A stretch of 64,000 bases of DNA from positions 18,339 through 82,338 of the forward strand of contig JAAUZT010000034.1 of NCBI GenBank assembly GCA_014804485.1, given 5' to 3'. Origin of the DNA: Lachnospiraceae bacterium. Its GTDB lineage: Bacteria > Bacillota > Clostridia > Lachnospirales > Lachnospiraceae. Positions 18,634 to 27,388 of this stretch are shown here, in pieces (position 1 is the first letter of the stretch; each line of letters starts with the position of its first letter). The position numbers and the translations under genes are program-made. The notes under the pieces are model-generated. The model made no database searches. It was not told the DNA's origin and saw nothing but the letters and a program-made list of their open reading frames with translations.

Positions 18634-18840
18634 CATTTCTGTATTTTGGAGATAAATGTGATAAAGATGGACTTATCTTCTTCAGGAGAATCCGCTCTCT
18701 TCTTCACCTACATTTCAAGGTGTGAGTCTTTGAAGTCATCATCAAGGAAGACGATGTGTCGGACGATGCCGAGGACATTGAGGGGTGTGGCATTTAACAA
18801 ATGCCTAAGAGCAATAATAGATAAGAAAAGGAGAAAGAGC

Positions 18841-19593
18841 ATGAAAACAGAATGGGATTACACAGAATTAGCCGAGGCGTATTTAAAAAGACCGGATTAT
18901 GCGCAGGAAGCGATTGACAGGATGCTGGAAATTGCCGGTGTGAAGGAGGGAGACAGTGCATGTGATGTGGGAGCAGGAGCAGCACATTTGACATTAAAGT
19001 TGGCAGAGTATGGGTTAAATGTTTGTGCGGTAGAACCAAACGATGCGATGCGTGCAAATGGAATCAGAAGGACAAGTGCATTCGAAACTGTTCAGTGGTT
19101 TGAAGGTGTCGGCGAGAACACGGGAATGGAGGCAAGTGCGTTTGAACTGGTTACTTTTGGTTCATCTTTTAATGTATGCAATCGCCAAGAAGCGCTGGAG
19201 GAGTCGAAAAGGATTCTTAAAGAGAACGGCTGGTTTGCCTGTATGTGGAATCATAGAGATTTAGACGATCCGCTGCAGAAAGAGATCGAGGATATTTTGA
19301 AAAGAGAGATCGCGGATTATAATTACGGCACCAGACGTGAAGACCAGACAGAAGTTATTGATCATAGCGGTTTGTTCGGCGGAGTAATCTATATGGAAGG
19401 AACCGTGTTGCATGAGATTTTGGCGGAGGATTTTATTGAAGGATGGAAATCCCATGGGACAGTGCAGCGCCAATCCCGAAATAAGTTTGAGGCAATTAAT
19501 GAAGAGATTCGTAAAGTGGTTGAGGCAAAGGGGACAGAATATATTAAAGTACCTTATACCACGCGGATTTGGATGGCGCAGGTGAAAAAGTGA
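18841..19593 (+). CDS. SAM-dependent methyltransferase (Cj1420-like)
   Basis: WDYT..RPDY, CDVGAG, AVEPNDAM, TFGSSFNV, MWNHRDL; ATG 18841 after AAAGGAG. Confidence 0.82.
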   Translation: MKTEWDYTELAEAYLKRPDYAQEAIDRMLEIAGVKEGDSACDVGAGAAHLTLKLAEYGLNVCAVEPNDAMRANGIRRTSAFETVQWFEGVGENTGMEASAFELVTFGSSFNVCNRQEALEESKRILKENGWFACMWNHRDLDDPLQKEIEDILKREIADYNYGTRREDQTEVIDHSGLFGGVIYMEGTVLHEILAEDFIEGWKSHGTVQRQSRNKFEAINEEIRKVVEAKGTEYIKVPYTTRIWMAQVKK

Positions 19594-19679
19594 TTAATCA
19601 ATTATATGCAGCATTGGGGTATTGTTAACAGGGCTTAGCGTGAAGATGAGTATTAGAGACGGTGATAAGGAGCAAGAGT

Positions 19680-22130
19680 ATGATAAGATTTTGTGATAGA
19701 GGAATTGATTGTGTGGAATATTCGTCATTAACACGTGCTGACATATTATCTTATTTTCTTCCGGATCATAAAGAGGATATGCTTTGTGTATATGATGATT
19801 TTAATACAAGGGGTTATGTTGGAATTATTACATATGATTCGTTTAAACATTCTCTTAGTGTTGATGGAGCTATTAAGCAAGAGTATGTGATCTTGAATGC
19901 TGATATATGGCGGAATGCAAGGGAATATTTTCGATATAGGAAGGAAGCTTTAACAGTGGACAGGCTGCTTCCGGTTTTGGACGAAGAGTATAGATTGATT
20001 TGTTTTGCATATGAGGATGTTGATGCTAATCGAGAAATACGTATGCTTAAGGAACTTTCAGAACAGCCGGAAGCGTTGCAGTTTGCTGATATATATCCGG
20101 AGTATCAATGGGTTAAAATATATGAATTTAACGAATTGGCATACTTTTTTGCAAAATACTTGGAAAGTCAGAATATTCCGGTACAAGTGCAAGGGGTAAT
20201 GTGGCAGAATTTTTTTGCTGGAGAGGAATGCAGGGTAGCTGACTATGCATGCTTGGTTATATATGCAGAAGGAATCACTGCGAAAAAGGAGAATCTATTG
20301 GAAAATGCTTTGAGGAGTGTTTCGGCTGAATTCGAATGCATTGACCGGATTTATGAGGCAAATATCAAGAAAGGTGTTTTTCATAATGCGGAGGAGAGTT
20401 GGGAGGAACTTGCAGAACGCTTAAGAGGAGAAAAGGAGATTGTTATCATAGGAACTGATATAGTGGCGCAGAGGACATATGGATTCCTTACAAAAAATGA
20501 AATCGATGTCTGCTGTTTTATGGGGGATCAGAACGGTAATAAGATGTTTGGTAAGAAGATCTTAGACTGCCAAGGGATACGAAATACCTATAAGTCTCCG
20601 GTCTATATTGAGTGTACATCCAAAGGCAGTGCATGGGGAGTAGGGGATGTGGACAACTACGATTATGTAGGGTGTGAAAGAAATAAAAGATTTATTTTGA
20701 TGAGAGACTATGTCGAAGTGCCAGATGACAGTGTGATAGATGCAATACGAAATAGAAAGGTAGTCTTGCTTGGCGATCTGTATCTTTGCCAGCGTTTGTC
20801 TGAATATCTTATACAAAATGGTGTTGCGGTGTCGGGGTGTCTGGGAATGTTGCCACAGGATGATGTATTTGAAGAGGTATCAGGCCGGCAAATTGATTAT
20901 TCGGATAGCGATATTACTTGGTTGCTTGTTTATCCAGAAGCTTGGGATCTAGATCTAACATGGCTAAAGGAAGAAGAGCGAGTAATATCTTATTGCCGGG
21001 AAAAAGGAATAGATGATTACACAGACTGCTTTTCTATCATAGAAACATATGTAAATGTGGAGAAAAGATGTGTTTCCCTACCGGAGCATTTGAGAGTGAA
21101 GAGAATTGTCATTGGTGCAATCGATGACCATAGTGGGAATATTTTTTTTAGAGGACTGTTGGATAACCATCCTATGGTCTTGATGATTGCCGATTATGTG
21201 CATTTTAATAATAATTTGTTTTGGATATGTACCAGTTTATCGATGGTAAGTGCGCGGAATATCTTATCGGTTTTTTGGGGGACTTACGGGGATATAGCAA
21301 CAGAAGCAATTTATAATAAAGAATTATTTAATGAAAAGATGGAACAGTTATTAAAGTATGAGGACAGAGTAACATCACAGCAGTTATTTGTGATGTTTCA
21401 TATCGCGTATATGTATATGGATGGAAAGAATACTGCAGAATCTGATATTAACGATATGGTTATATATTGGGAGCCGCACGACTTGTCTAGAGAAAAGGTT
21501 GAAGATTTTGCAAAATGGTTGGGAGGTGCGGAGAATATTTCGTGCAGCATCGCAAAAGTAGTCAGAAATCGTTGTATGCAGATTGGTTCGAGGATTAAAA
21601 TGCGTCTTTTCAAAAATAAAGGTATGGTGATGAATAGAGGCGATGTGCTGGCACCGTATAGCCTTGATAAAAAGGAATATGATAAGGTTGATTGGTTGAC
21701 GGTAAGATTCGAGGATTTGAAGTGTGAGCCGGCGCGCACATTGCTAGATATTTGTAATCGGATGGATATTTCGTGGTCAGAATCGCTTATGGTAACGACG
21801 TGCCACGGGAAAAAAGACGCTTGGTTTAATGCAGAAAAGATGGTTAGTGATTTTGATCTTGGTCCAGTATATGATACTTATGAGAAGTATTTTACGGAAC
21901 TTGACAGGTTAAGAATAATGATTTTTAATGGACCATGGCAGAAGAAATATGGATATCCGTATATGGAATTAGCACAATTTTCCAGAAGAGAGCTACAAGA
22001 ATTATTTTTGTTAAGTTATCGCATAGAAGATTTGACAGGATCGTATAAAATTGATGAGACGAGTGTAAGAATGCAAAAGAGAATATGGGATTGGTTGCAA
22101 GTGTTAAGAATGTACGAGATGATGATATAG
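19680..22130 (+). CDS. Multidomain protein: CBS-like pair, Rossmann modules, sulfotransferase-fold domain (paralogue A)
   Basis: VGIITYD and LLPVLDEE (CBS-like); HSGNIFFRGLLDNHP, VVRN and VRFEDLKCEP (sulfotransferase motifs). Confidence 0.6.
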   Translation: MIRFCDRGIDCVEYSSLTRADILSYFLPDHKEDMLCVYDDFNTRGYVGIITYDSFKHSLSVDGAIKQEYVILNADIWRNAREYFRYRKEALTVDRLLPVLDEEYRLICFAYEDVDANREIRMLKELSEQPEALQFADIYPEYQWVKIYEFNELAYFFAKYLESQNIPVQVQGVMWQNFFAGEECRVADYACLVIYAEGITAKKENLLENALRSVSAEFECIDRIYEANIKKGVFHNAEESWEELAERLRGEKEIVIIGTDIVAQRTYGFLTKNEIDVCCFMGDQNGNKMFGKKILDCQGIRNTYKSPVYIECTSKGSAWGVGDVDNYDYVGCERNKRFILMRDYVEVPDDSVIDAIRNRKVVLLGDLYLCQRLSEYLIQNGVAVSGCLGMLPQDDVFEEVSGRQIDYSDSDITWLLVYPEAWDLDLTWLKEEERVISYCREKGIDDYTDCFSIIETYVNVEKRCVSLPEHLRVKRIVIGAIDDHSGNIFFRGLLDNHPMVLMIADYVHFNNNLFWICTSLSMVSARNILSVFWGTYGDIATEAIYNKELFNEKMEQLLKYEDRVTSQQLFVMFHIAYMYMDGKNTAESDINDMVIYWEPHDLSREKVEDFAKWLGGAENISCSIAKVVRNRCMQIGSRIKMRLFKNKGMVMNRGDVLAPYSLDKKEYDKVDWLTVRFEDLKCEPARTLLDICNRMDISWSESLMVTTCHGKKDAWFNAEKMVSDFDLGPVYDTYEKYFTELDRLRIMIFNGPWQKKYGYPYMELAQFSRRELQELFLLSYRIEDLTGSYKIDETSVRMQKRIWDWLQVLRMYEMMI

Positions 22131-22252
22131 AATGTGAAAATGTTATAAAACAAATGAGTGTTTTCTGGAATTATGACTCTGATTCTAAATTATAAAAATT
22201 GGTTGTAGCTCAGCTGTGATTTGTATTGTTAGTGGTTATAAGGAGAAATAGC

Positions 22253-24748
22253 ATGATAAGATTTTGTGATAGAGAAATTGATTGTGTAGAATATTCATCG
22301 TTAACACGTTCTGATTTATTATCCTATTTTCTCCCGGACCATAAAGAGGATATACTTTGTGTGTATGATGATTTTAATACAATGAAATATGTAGGAATTA
22401 TTACATACGATTCGTATAAACATTCTCTTAATATTGAAGGAGCTATTAAGCAGGAATATGTGATTTTAAATGCTGATATATGGCAGAATGCAAGGAAATA
22501 TTTTGGATATAACAAAAAGGTTTTAACAGTCGACAGGCTGCTTCCGGTTCTGGATGAAGAGGATAGATTGATTTGTTTTGCATATGAAGATATGGTTGCA
22601 AATCGCGAAATACGTATGTTACGTGAACTTCAGGAGACTCAGGATGCATTACAGTTCACAGATATTTTTTCTGAATATAAGTGTGTAAAAATTCATGGAT
22701 TTAACGAATTGGCTTTCTCTTTTGCAAAATACCTTGAGAGAATAGGCGTTTTTGTGGAAGTAGATGGGACTATGTGGAACACTTTTTTTAACAAGATGAT
22801 ATGCCAAATTCCAGACAATAAATGTATTGATATATATGCAGAAGGGGTGTACGGAAGGGGGAAGATGAATGATTCCGATACTTTATTAAGGACTGTCTCT
22901 GTAGAGTTTGAATACATCGATAAGATATATGAGGCAAATGTACAAAAGGGTATCATTTGCGATGCGGCAGGAGACGAAAAATGGTTTATTGATATTTTGA
23001 GAAACAGTAAAGAAATAATTATAATTGGGACGAATCAGGCGGCACAGGATGTATATGATTATATGATAGGGCAAGGCATTGACATATGCTGCTTTGTCAA
23101 TGAAGAAAAGGCAGAGCAATCCCATAGATTATTGGGTAAAAGTATTTTAAGTTTACAGAAAGCAAAAATTACATATGAGAACCCTATATTTATTGATTGT
23201 ACTTTTAGAAATAGTGCGTGGGGGTTTGGACAGGTAGATTATTTTGATTATATGGGATATAGAAGAAATGAAAAATATTTTATGATTAAGGATTATGTAA
23301 ATGTTTCGGGTAACAGTTTGATAAATGTATTGAGTAGATGTGAGGTTGTTTTGGTAGGAGAGGCATATATATGCAAATGTTTATACGACTATTTTAGTTC
23401 CAAAGGCGTTTTTGTAATTGGATATTTGGATGTTCAGTCACAGAATATCAGATGGGATGAAATGAGAATCGAAGCACAGGATGTGAATGTCGAGGCAATC
23501 TATTTGCTGGCTGCCCCGGATTTTTTTATTTCAAATGAGATTAATTACCAAGAACCATATAAATTGAAGAATAGTTTGATAGAATATTTGAAAGAAATAG
23601 AAATAGATAATTATTCTGATTATTTTTCTTATATGCCTTCATATATGAATATGTATGAAGGTAATGGCAATAAATATTTTCATAAGCAATTAATACCGAA
23701 GCGCATCATAATAGGATCTATTGAAGGTGGTAACGGCAGCATTTTTTTTGAAGGATTGTTGGACGGGCATCCGAATATTTTATTATTGCCGAATACCTTT
23801 GCAGGTAGCTTGTTCTGGATGGGTATCCGTTTATCAACGGTGGAGTCGGAAGATATCCTTTCTGTGTTTTGGGAGTTGTATAAGGAGACGGATTGTAATG
23901 CAATTCATGATCCGGCAAAGTTCAATGAAAAAATGGAGGAGTTGTTGGCATACGGCAATCAATTTACTTCGCAAGAAATACTTGTAATGATTTATATAGC
24001 ATATATGCATATGTGTGGGAATGATATTAGCATTGCAGAGGGCATAGTATTTTGGAGTCCTCATTATTTGACCAAAAAGGAGAAGGAAGGTTGTACAAAA
24101 TGGTTGGGAACAGAACAAGTACATTGCGATATTATTAATATCGTCAGGAATGCATATATGTCGCGCGGTGTCCATGTTAAGGGATATATATCGCGGGGAT
24201 GGGCGGGGGCGGCAGATAATGTTATTGCACTTAAGTATGCCTACAAAAACGGTGTGTATGCTTTTTCGGATATTGATGAAGAGATTTATAAATGGAGTAA
24301 CAGATTAATTATACAGTTTGAAGAACTGAAATGTTATCCCAAAGAAACATTAAAGAAAATATGTACAGAATGGGATATCACATGGTCTGATTCATTAATG
24401 CAGACAACAAGAATGGGGGAAAAACGGGTATATTATAATGGAGAGAAAGCAATATCTGATTTTGATTTGACTCCGGTTTACAATACATATGAGAAATATT
24501 TTTCGGAATATGACAGATTGCGAATTATGCTTATTCAAGCACTGTGGCAAAGAAAATACGGATATCCTTATGTAGAATCGAAAGAATTTTCCAGAAGAGA
24601 ACTGCAGGAAATGTTTTTAAAGCCATTTCGCTTTGAAAATTTAGTAGAATTGGATGGAAAAGGATTGGATTTGAATTTTAGAATGATGCTCCAGTATACC
24701 ATACGAAATCAACTGCTAAAGATAAGAATGGTGGAAACCATGAAATAA
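22253..24748 (+). CDS. Multidomain sulfotransferase-fold protein (paralogue B)
   Basis: N-terminus nearly identical to paralogue A; GNGSIFFEGLLDGHP, IVRN, IQFEELKCYP. Confidence 0.6.
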   Translation: MIRFCDREIDCVEYSSLTRSDLLSYFLPDHKEDILCVYDDFNTMKYVGIITYDSYKHSLNIEGAIKQEYVILNADIWQNARKYFGYNKKVLTVDRLLPVLDEEDRLICFAYEDMVANREIRMLRELQETQDALQFTDIFSEYKCVKIHGFNELAFSFAKYLERIGVFVEVDGTMWNTFFNKMICQIPDNKCIDIYAEGVYGRGKMNDSDTLLRTVSVEFEYIDKIYEANVQKGIICDAAGDEKWFIDILRNSKEIIIIGTNQAAQDVYDYMIGQGIDICCFVNEEKAEQSHRLLGKSILSLQKAKITYENPIFIDCTFRNSAWGFGQVDYFDYMGYRRNEKYFMIKDYVNVSGNSLINVLSRCEVVLVGEAYICKCLYDYFSSKGVFVIGYLDVQSQNIRWDEMRIEAQDVNVEAIYLLAAPDFFISNEINYQEPYKLKNSLIEYLKEIEIDNYSDYFSYMPSYMNMYEGNGNKYFHKQLIPKRIIIGSIEGGNGSIFFEGLLDGHPNILLLPNTFAGSLFWMGIRLSTVESEDILSVFWELYKETDCNAIHDPAKFNEKMEELLAYGNQFTSQEILVMIYIAYMHMCGNDISIAEGIVFWSPHYLTKKEKEGCTKWLGTEQVHCDIINIVRNAYMSRGVHVKGYISRGWAGAADNVIALKYAYKNGVYAFSDIDEEIYKWSNRLIIQFEELKCYPKETLKKICTEWDITWSDSLMQTTRMGEKRVYYNGEKAISDFDLTPVYNTYEKYFSEYDRLRIMLIQALWQRKYGYPYVESKEFSRRELQEMFLKPFRFENLVELDGKGLDLNFRMMLQYTIRNQLLKIRMVETMK

Positions 24749-24806
24749 ACTATATTGATAGTGCTGTAATGAAGATACGCGCTTGACTGATCAAGGAGAA
24801 CATATA

Positions 24807-26237
24807 ATGAATGATTCAAAGACATTATTAATACACATTGGAATGCCAAAAACAGGATCTACAGCATTACAAAGCTTTTTATTTAATAATAATAGTAATT
24901 TAGAAAAGTATGGATGGTGTTATCCGTTTTTAGAAGACGGTGAAATTGGATATTGGGGACGTTGGTCAGCAGAAAAAAATGGAAATGGATATAGATTACA
25001 TGCTGATTGGATAATAAATGGGATAAAAGCAGAATGGGATAAAGGAATGGATACAATATTAGACCATTTGAAGGAAAAGAGTGTGATAATATCGTCAGAG
25101 AATATTTACGGAATCGGGATGGATAAATTTATAGAGGATGCGAGGAAAAAGTATGAAAATATAAAAGTGATTGTATATTTAAGGCGTCAAGACCGAGCAA
25201 TAGAATCATTATATAACCAAAGAATTAAAAGTGGAATAGAGTATGCAACATATTATAAAGCATATAACACATTTGAAGAATTTATCGATTCATACGTTGT
25301 TTCCGGCAAGTTTTTGGAGTATGTATCGAAATTAGATTTAATAAGTCAAATTGTCGGAAGGGAGAATCTGATTGTCAGAATATATGAAAAACAACAACTT
25401 GTCGGGAATGATGTGATTACAGATTTCCTGTCTGTTCTTGGGATACCGTCAGATCAGGATGACTGGAAAAGAGGACAGAGGGAAAATTTTTCTCTTGAAG
25501 GAAACTATCTGGAAATTAGTAGATTAATTAATTCTGTCCAGAACATTAATGGTTTTCGGGAGAGTATGAATGGGGTATCGAGTTGGAGTGATGGGGAAGT
25601 AAAGCATGACTTTTATAATGTTTGTACAAGATTATCGGATTCATTTGGCGGCGATAGGAAAGAATGCGGATTCTTTTCATTAGATGAACGAAAGGAATTC
25701 CTTGGGAAGTTTGCGTCAGACAATGAACAGATTGCAAAAAAGTATTTGCACCGAGAAGACGGTATTTTGTTTTATGATAATCGGATGGATTTTCCATTAT
25801 ATGAAATAAATCAGAGCAGTGGATTTGAAGCAGATATGATTCGCGTTTTTACGGCAATAATATACACGCAGGCTCAGAGATATGCAGATTTGCTTGAAAA
25901 GACATCTGGTGAAATAATTGGAAAATTATTAATGAAGGATGTTTGGCTAAAAAGCAAAAATAGGCAGGTAATGCTTTTGGGAGCAGGACATAATTGCCGA
26001 AGGCTGCTTGGTATTTTGGGTAATATTTCCGACTTTTCAATTGCCGACAATGACAAGATGAAGCAAGGTACAGTTTTGAATGGAATAAAAGTGAGTTATG
26101 CTAGGAATATTGTGAATTGGCAGAAATATTTTGTTATTGTGACTTGTCAGGAAACACGAGAGATTGAGAAACAACTATGTAGTTTCGGATTGAAAAAGGA
26201 AGAAGATTATATTCTCATGAGAGAATATGGATTATAA
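24807..26237 (+). CDS. Sulfotransferase-family P-loop protein with C-terminal Rossmann module
   Basis: IHIGMPKTGSTALQ, IISSEN, VYLRRQD..ESLYNQ. Confidence 0.7.
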   Translation: MNDSKTLLIHIGMPKTGSTALQSFLFNNNSNLEKYGWCYPFLEDGEIGYWGRWSAEKNGNGYRLHADWIINGIKAEWDKGMDTILDHLKEKSVIISSENIYGIGMDKFIEDARKKYENIKVIVYLRRQDRAIESLYNQRIKSGIEYATYYKAYNTFEEFIDSYVVSGKFLEYVSKLDLISQIVGRENLIVRIYEKQQLVGNDVITDFLSVLGIPSDQDDWKRGQRENFSLEGNYLEISRLINSVQNINGFRESMNGVSSWSDGEVKHDFYNVCTRLSDSFGGDRKECGFFSLDERKEFLGKFASDNEQIAKKYLHREDGILFYDNRMDFPLYEINQSSGFEADMIRVFTAIIYTQAQRYADLLEKTSGEIIGKLLMKDVWLKSKNRQVMLLGAGHNCRRLLGILGNISDFSIADNDKMKQGTVLNGIKVSYARNIVNWQKYFVIVTCQETREIEKQLCSFGLKKEEDYILMREYGL

Positions 26238-26256
26238 AGGGAGGTAATTTACATAG

Positions 26257-27204
26257 ATGAATCGAAAAAGGATATTAGTGACAGGAGGAGCCGGATTTAT
26301 TGGATCTCACTTGTGTGAAAAATTATTAGAAGAGGGTAATGATGTAGTATGTATGGATAATTTGTTTACAGGGCAGAAAGACAATATACGTCACTTAATG
26401 GATAACCCATATTTTGAGTTTATCCGTCAGGATGTATTAGAAAATATATATGTGGAATGTGACCAGATATATAATCTCGCATGTCCGGCAAGCCCGGTTT
26501 ATTATCAGTATGATCCTATTAAGACAGGGAAAACCAGTGTTATAGGGGCATTACATACGTTAGGATTGGCAAAGCGTTGCCAAGCAAGAATACTTCAGGC
26601 AAGTACCAGCGAAGTGTATGGTGATCCAGAGGTGCATCCACAGCCAGAATCATATCGTGGATGTGTTAATCCTAATGGTATTCGTTCATGCTATGATGAA
26701 GGCAAACGGATGGCCGAAACTTTGTTTTTTGATTATTATAGGCAGCATGGCGTTGACATTAAAGTTGTTCGTATTTTTAATACGTATGGTCCCAGAATGC
26801 GATTGGATGATGGAAGAGTAATATCTAACTTTATTGTGCAAGCGTTGAAGAATGATGATATAACGATTTATGGTCAGGGGCAACAGACGCGTAGTTTTTG
26901 TTATGTGGACGATATGATAAAAGGAATACGATGTATGATGGACAGCCAGGAAGGTTTTACGGGACCGGTAAATCTGGGGAATCCGAATGAAATTACCATG
27001 CTTCAATTGGCGCATAAGATTATTGAGTTGACCGGTTCAAAGTCAAAAATTGTATTTTTACCTTTACCACAGGATGATCCGGTACAACGGAAACCGTTTA
27101 TTGAACTTGCAAAGAATAAACTCAATTGGGAGCCAACGGTTACTTTGGAAAATGGATTGGAAAGGACTATAGAATATTTTATGAGTATTCTAAGACATTT
27201 ATAG
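26257..27204 (+). CDS. uxs: UDP-glucuronate decarboxylase (UDP-xylose synthase)
   Basis: [44 protein letters not shown]. Confidence 0.93.
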   Translation: MNRKRILVTGGAGFIGSHLCEKLLEEGNDVVCMDNLFTGQKDNIRHLMDNPYFEFIRQDVLENIYVECDQIYNLACPASPVYYQYDPIKTGKTSVIGALHTLGLAKRCQARILQASTSEVYGDPEVHPQPESYRGCVNPNGIRSCYDEGKRMAETLFFDYYRQHGVDIKVVRIFNTYGPRMRLDDGRVISNFIVQALKNDDITIYGQGQQTRSFCYVDDMIKGIRCMMDSQEGFTGPVNLGNPNEITMLQLAHKIIELTGSKSKIVFLPLPQDDPVQRKPFIELAKNKLNWEPTVTLENGLERTIEYFMSILRHL

Positions 27205-27229
27205 TGACATCGAAATGGACAGGGAAACA

Positions 27230-27258
27230 CTAAAGTAAACAGTTTTATATGCCGATAG
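27230..27258 (+). promoter_or_regulatory. sigma28-type promoter, copy 4
   Basis: CTAAA (27230-27234), N16, GCCGATAG (27251-27258). Confidence 0.82.
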
Positions 27259-27265
27259 TTACTAT

Positions 27266-27361
27266 AGCCATTTAGGATAAATGGTATTATGTATGCACGG
27301 ATGCGATATTGGGCGAAAATACAGTCTGTCGTTGCATCAAAATGCAATGGCAGACTTATTT
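27266..27361 (+). ncRNA. GGA-hairpin / terminator RNA element, copy 4
   Basis: GCCATTTAGGATAAATGGT (compensatory C-G to U-A change); TGCACGGATGCG; 15-bp stem AGTCTGTCGTTGCAT/ATGCAATGGCAGACT followed by TATTT. Confidence 0.75.
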
Positions 27362-27388
27362 GTGGAATGGTTTTTGAAGAGGAAAATA

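Noticed and set aside
18646-18840. Long N-terminal extension of the second methyltransferase
   Set aside because: Strong RBS and family-like N-terminus begin at ATG 18841.
12633-27361. The four repeats as a CRISPR array, REP/MITE or integron attC sites
   Set aside because: They are kilobases apart, with no regular spacers, terminal inverted repeats, target duplications, cas or integrase genes; conservation follows promoter and RNA-structure logic.
27281-27388. N-terminal extension of the radical SAM ORF in the ORF track
   Set aside because: It runs through RNA module copy 4; ATG 27389 has an RBS and begins the Rossmann module.
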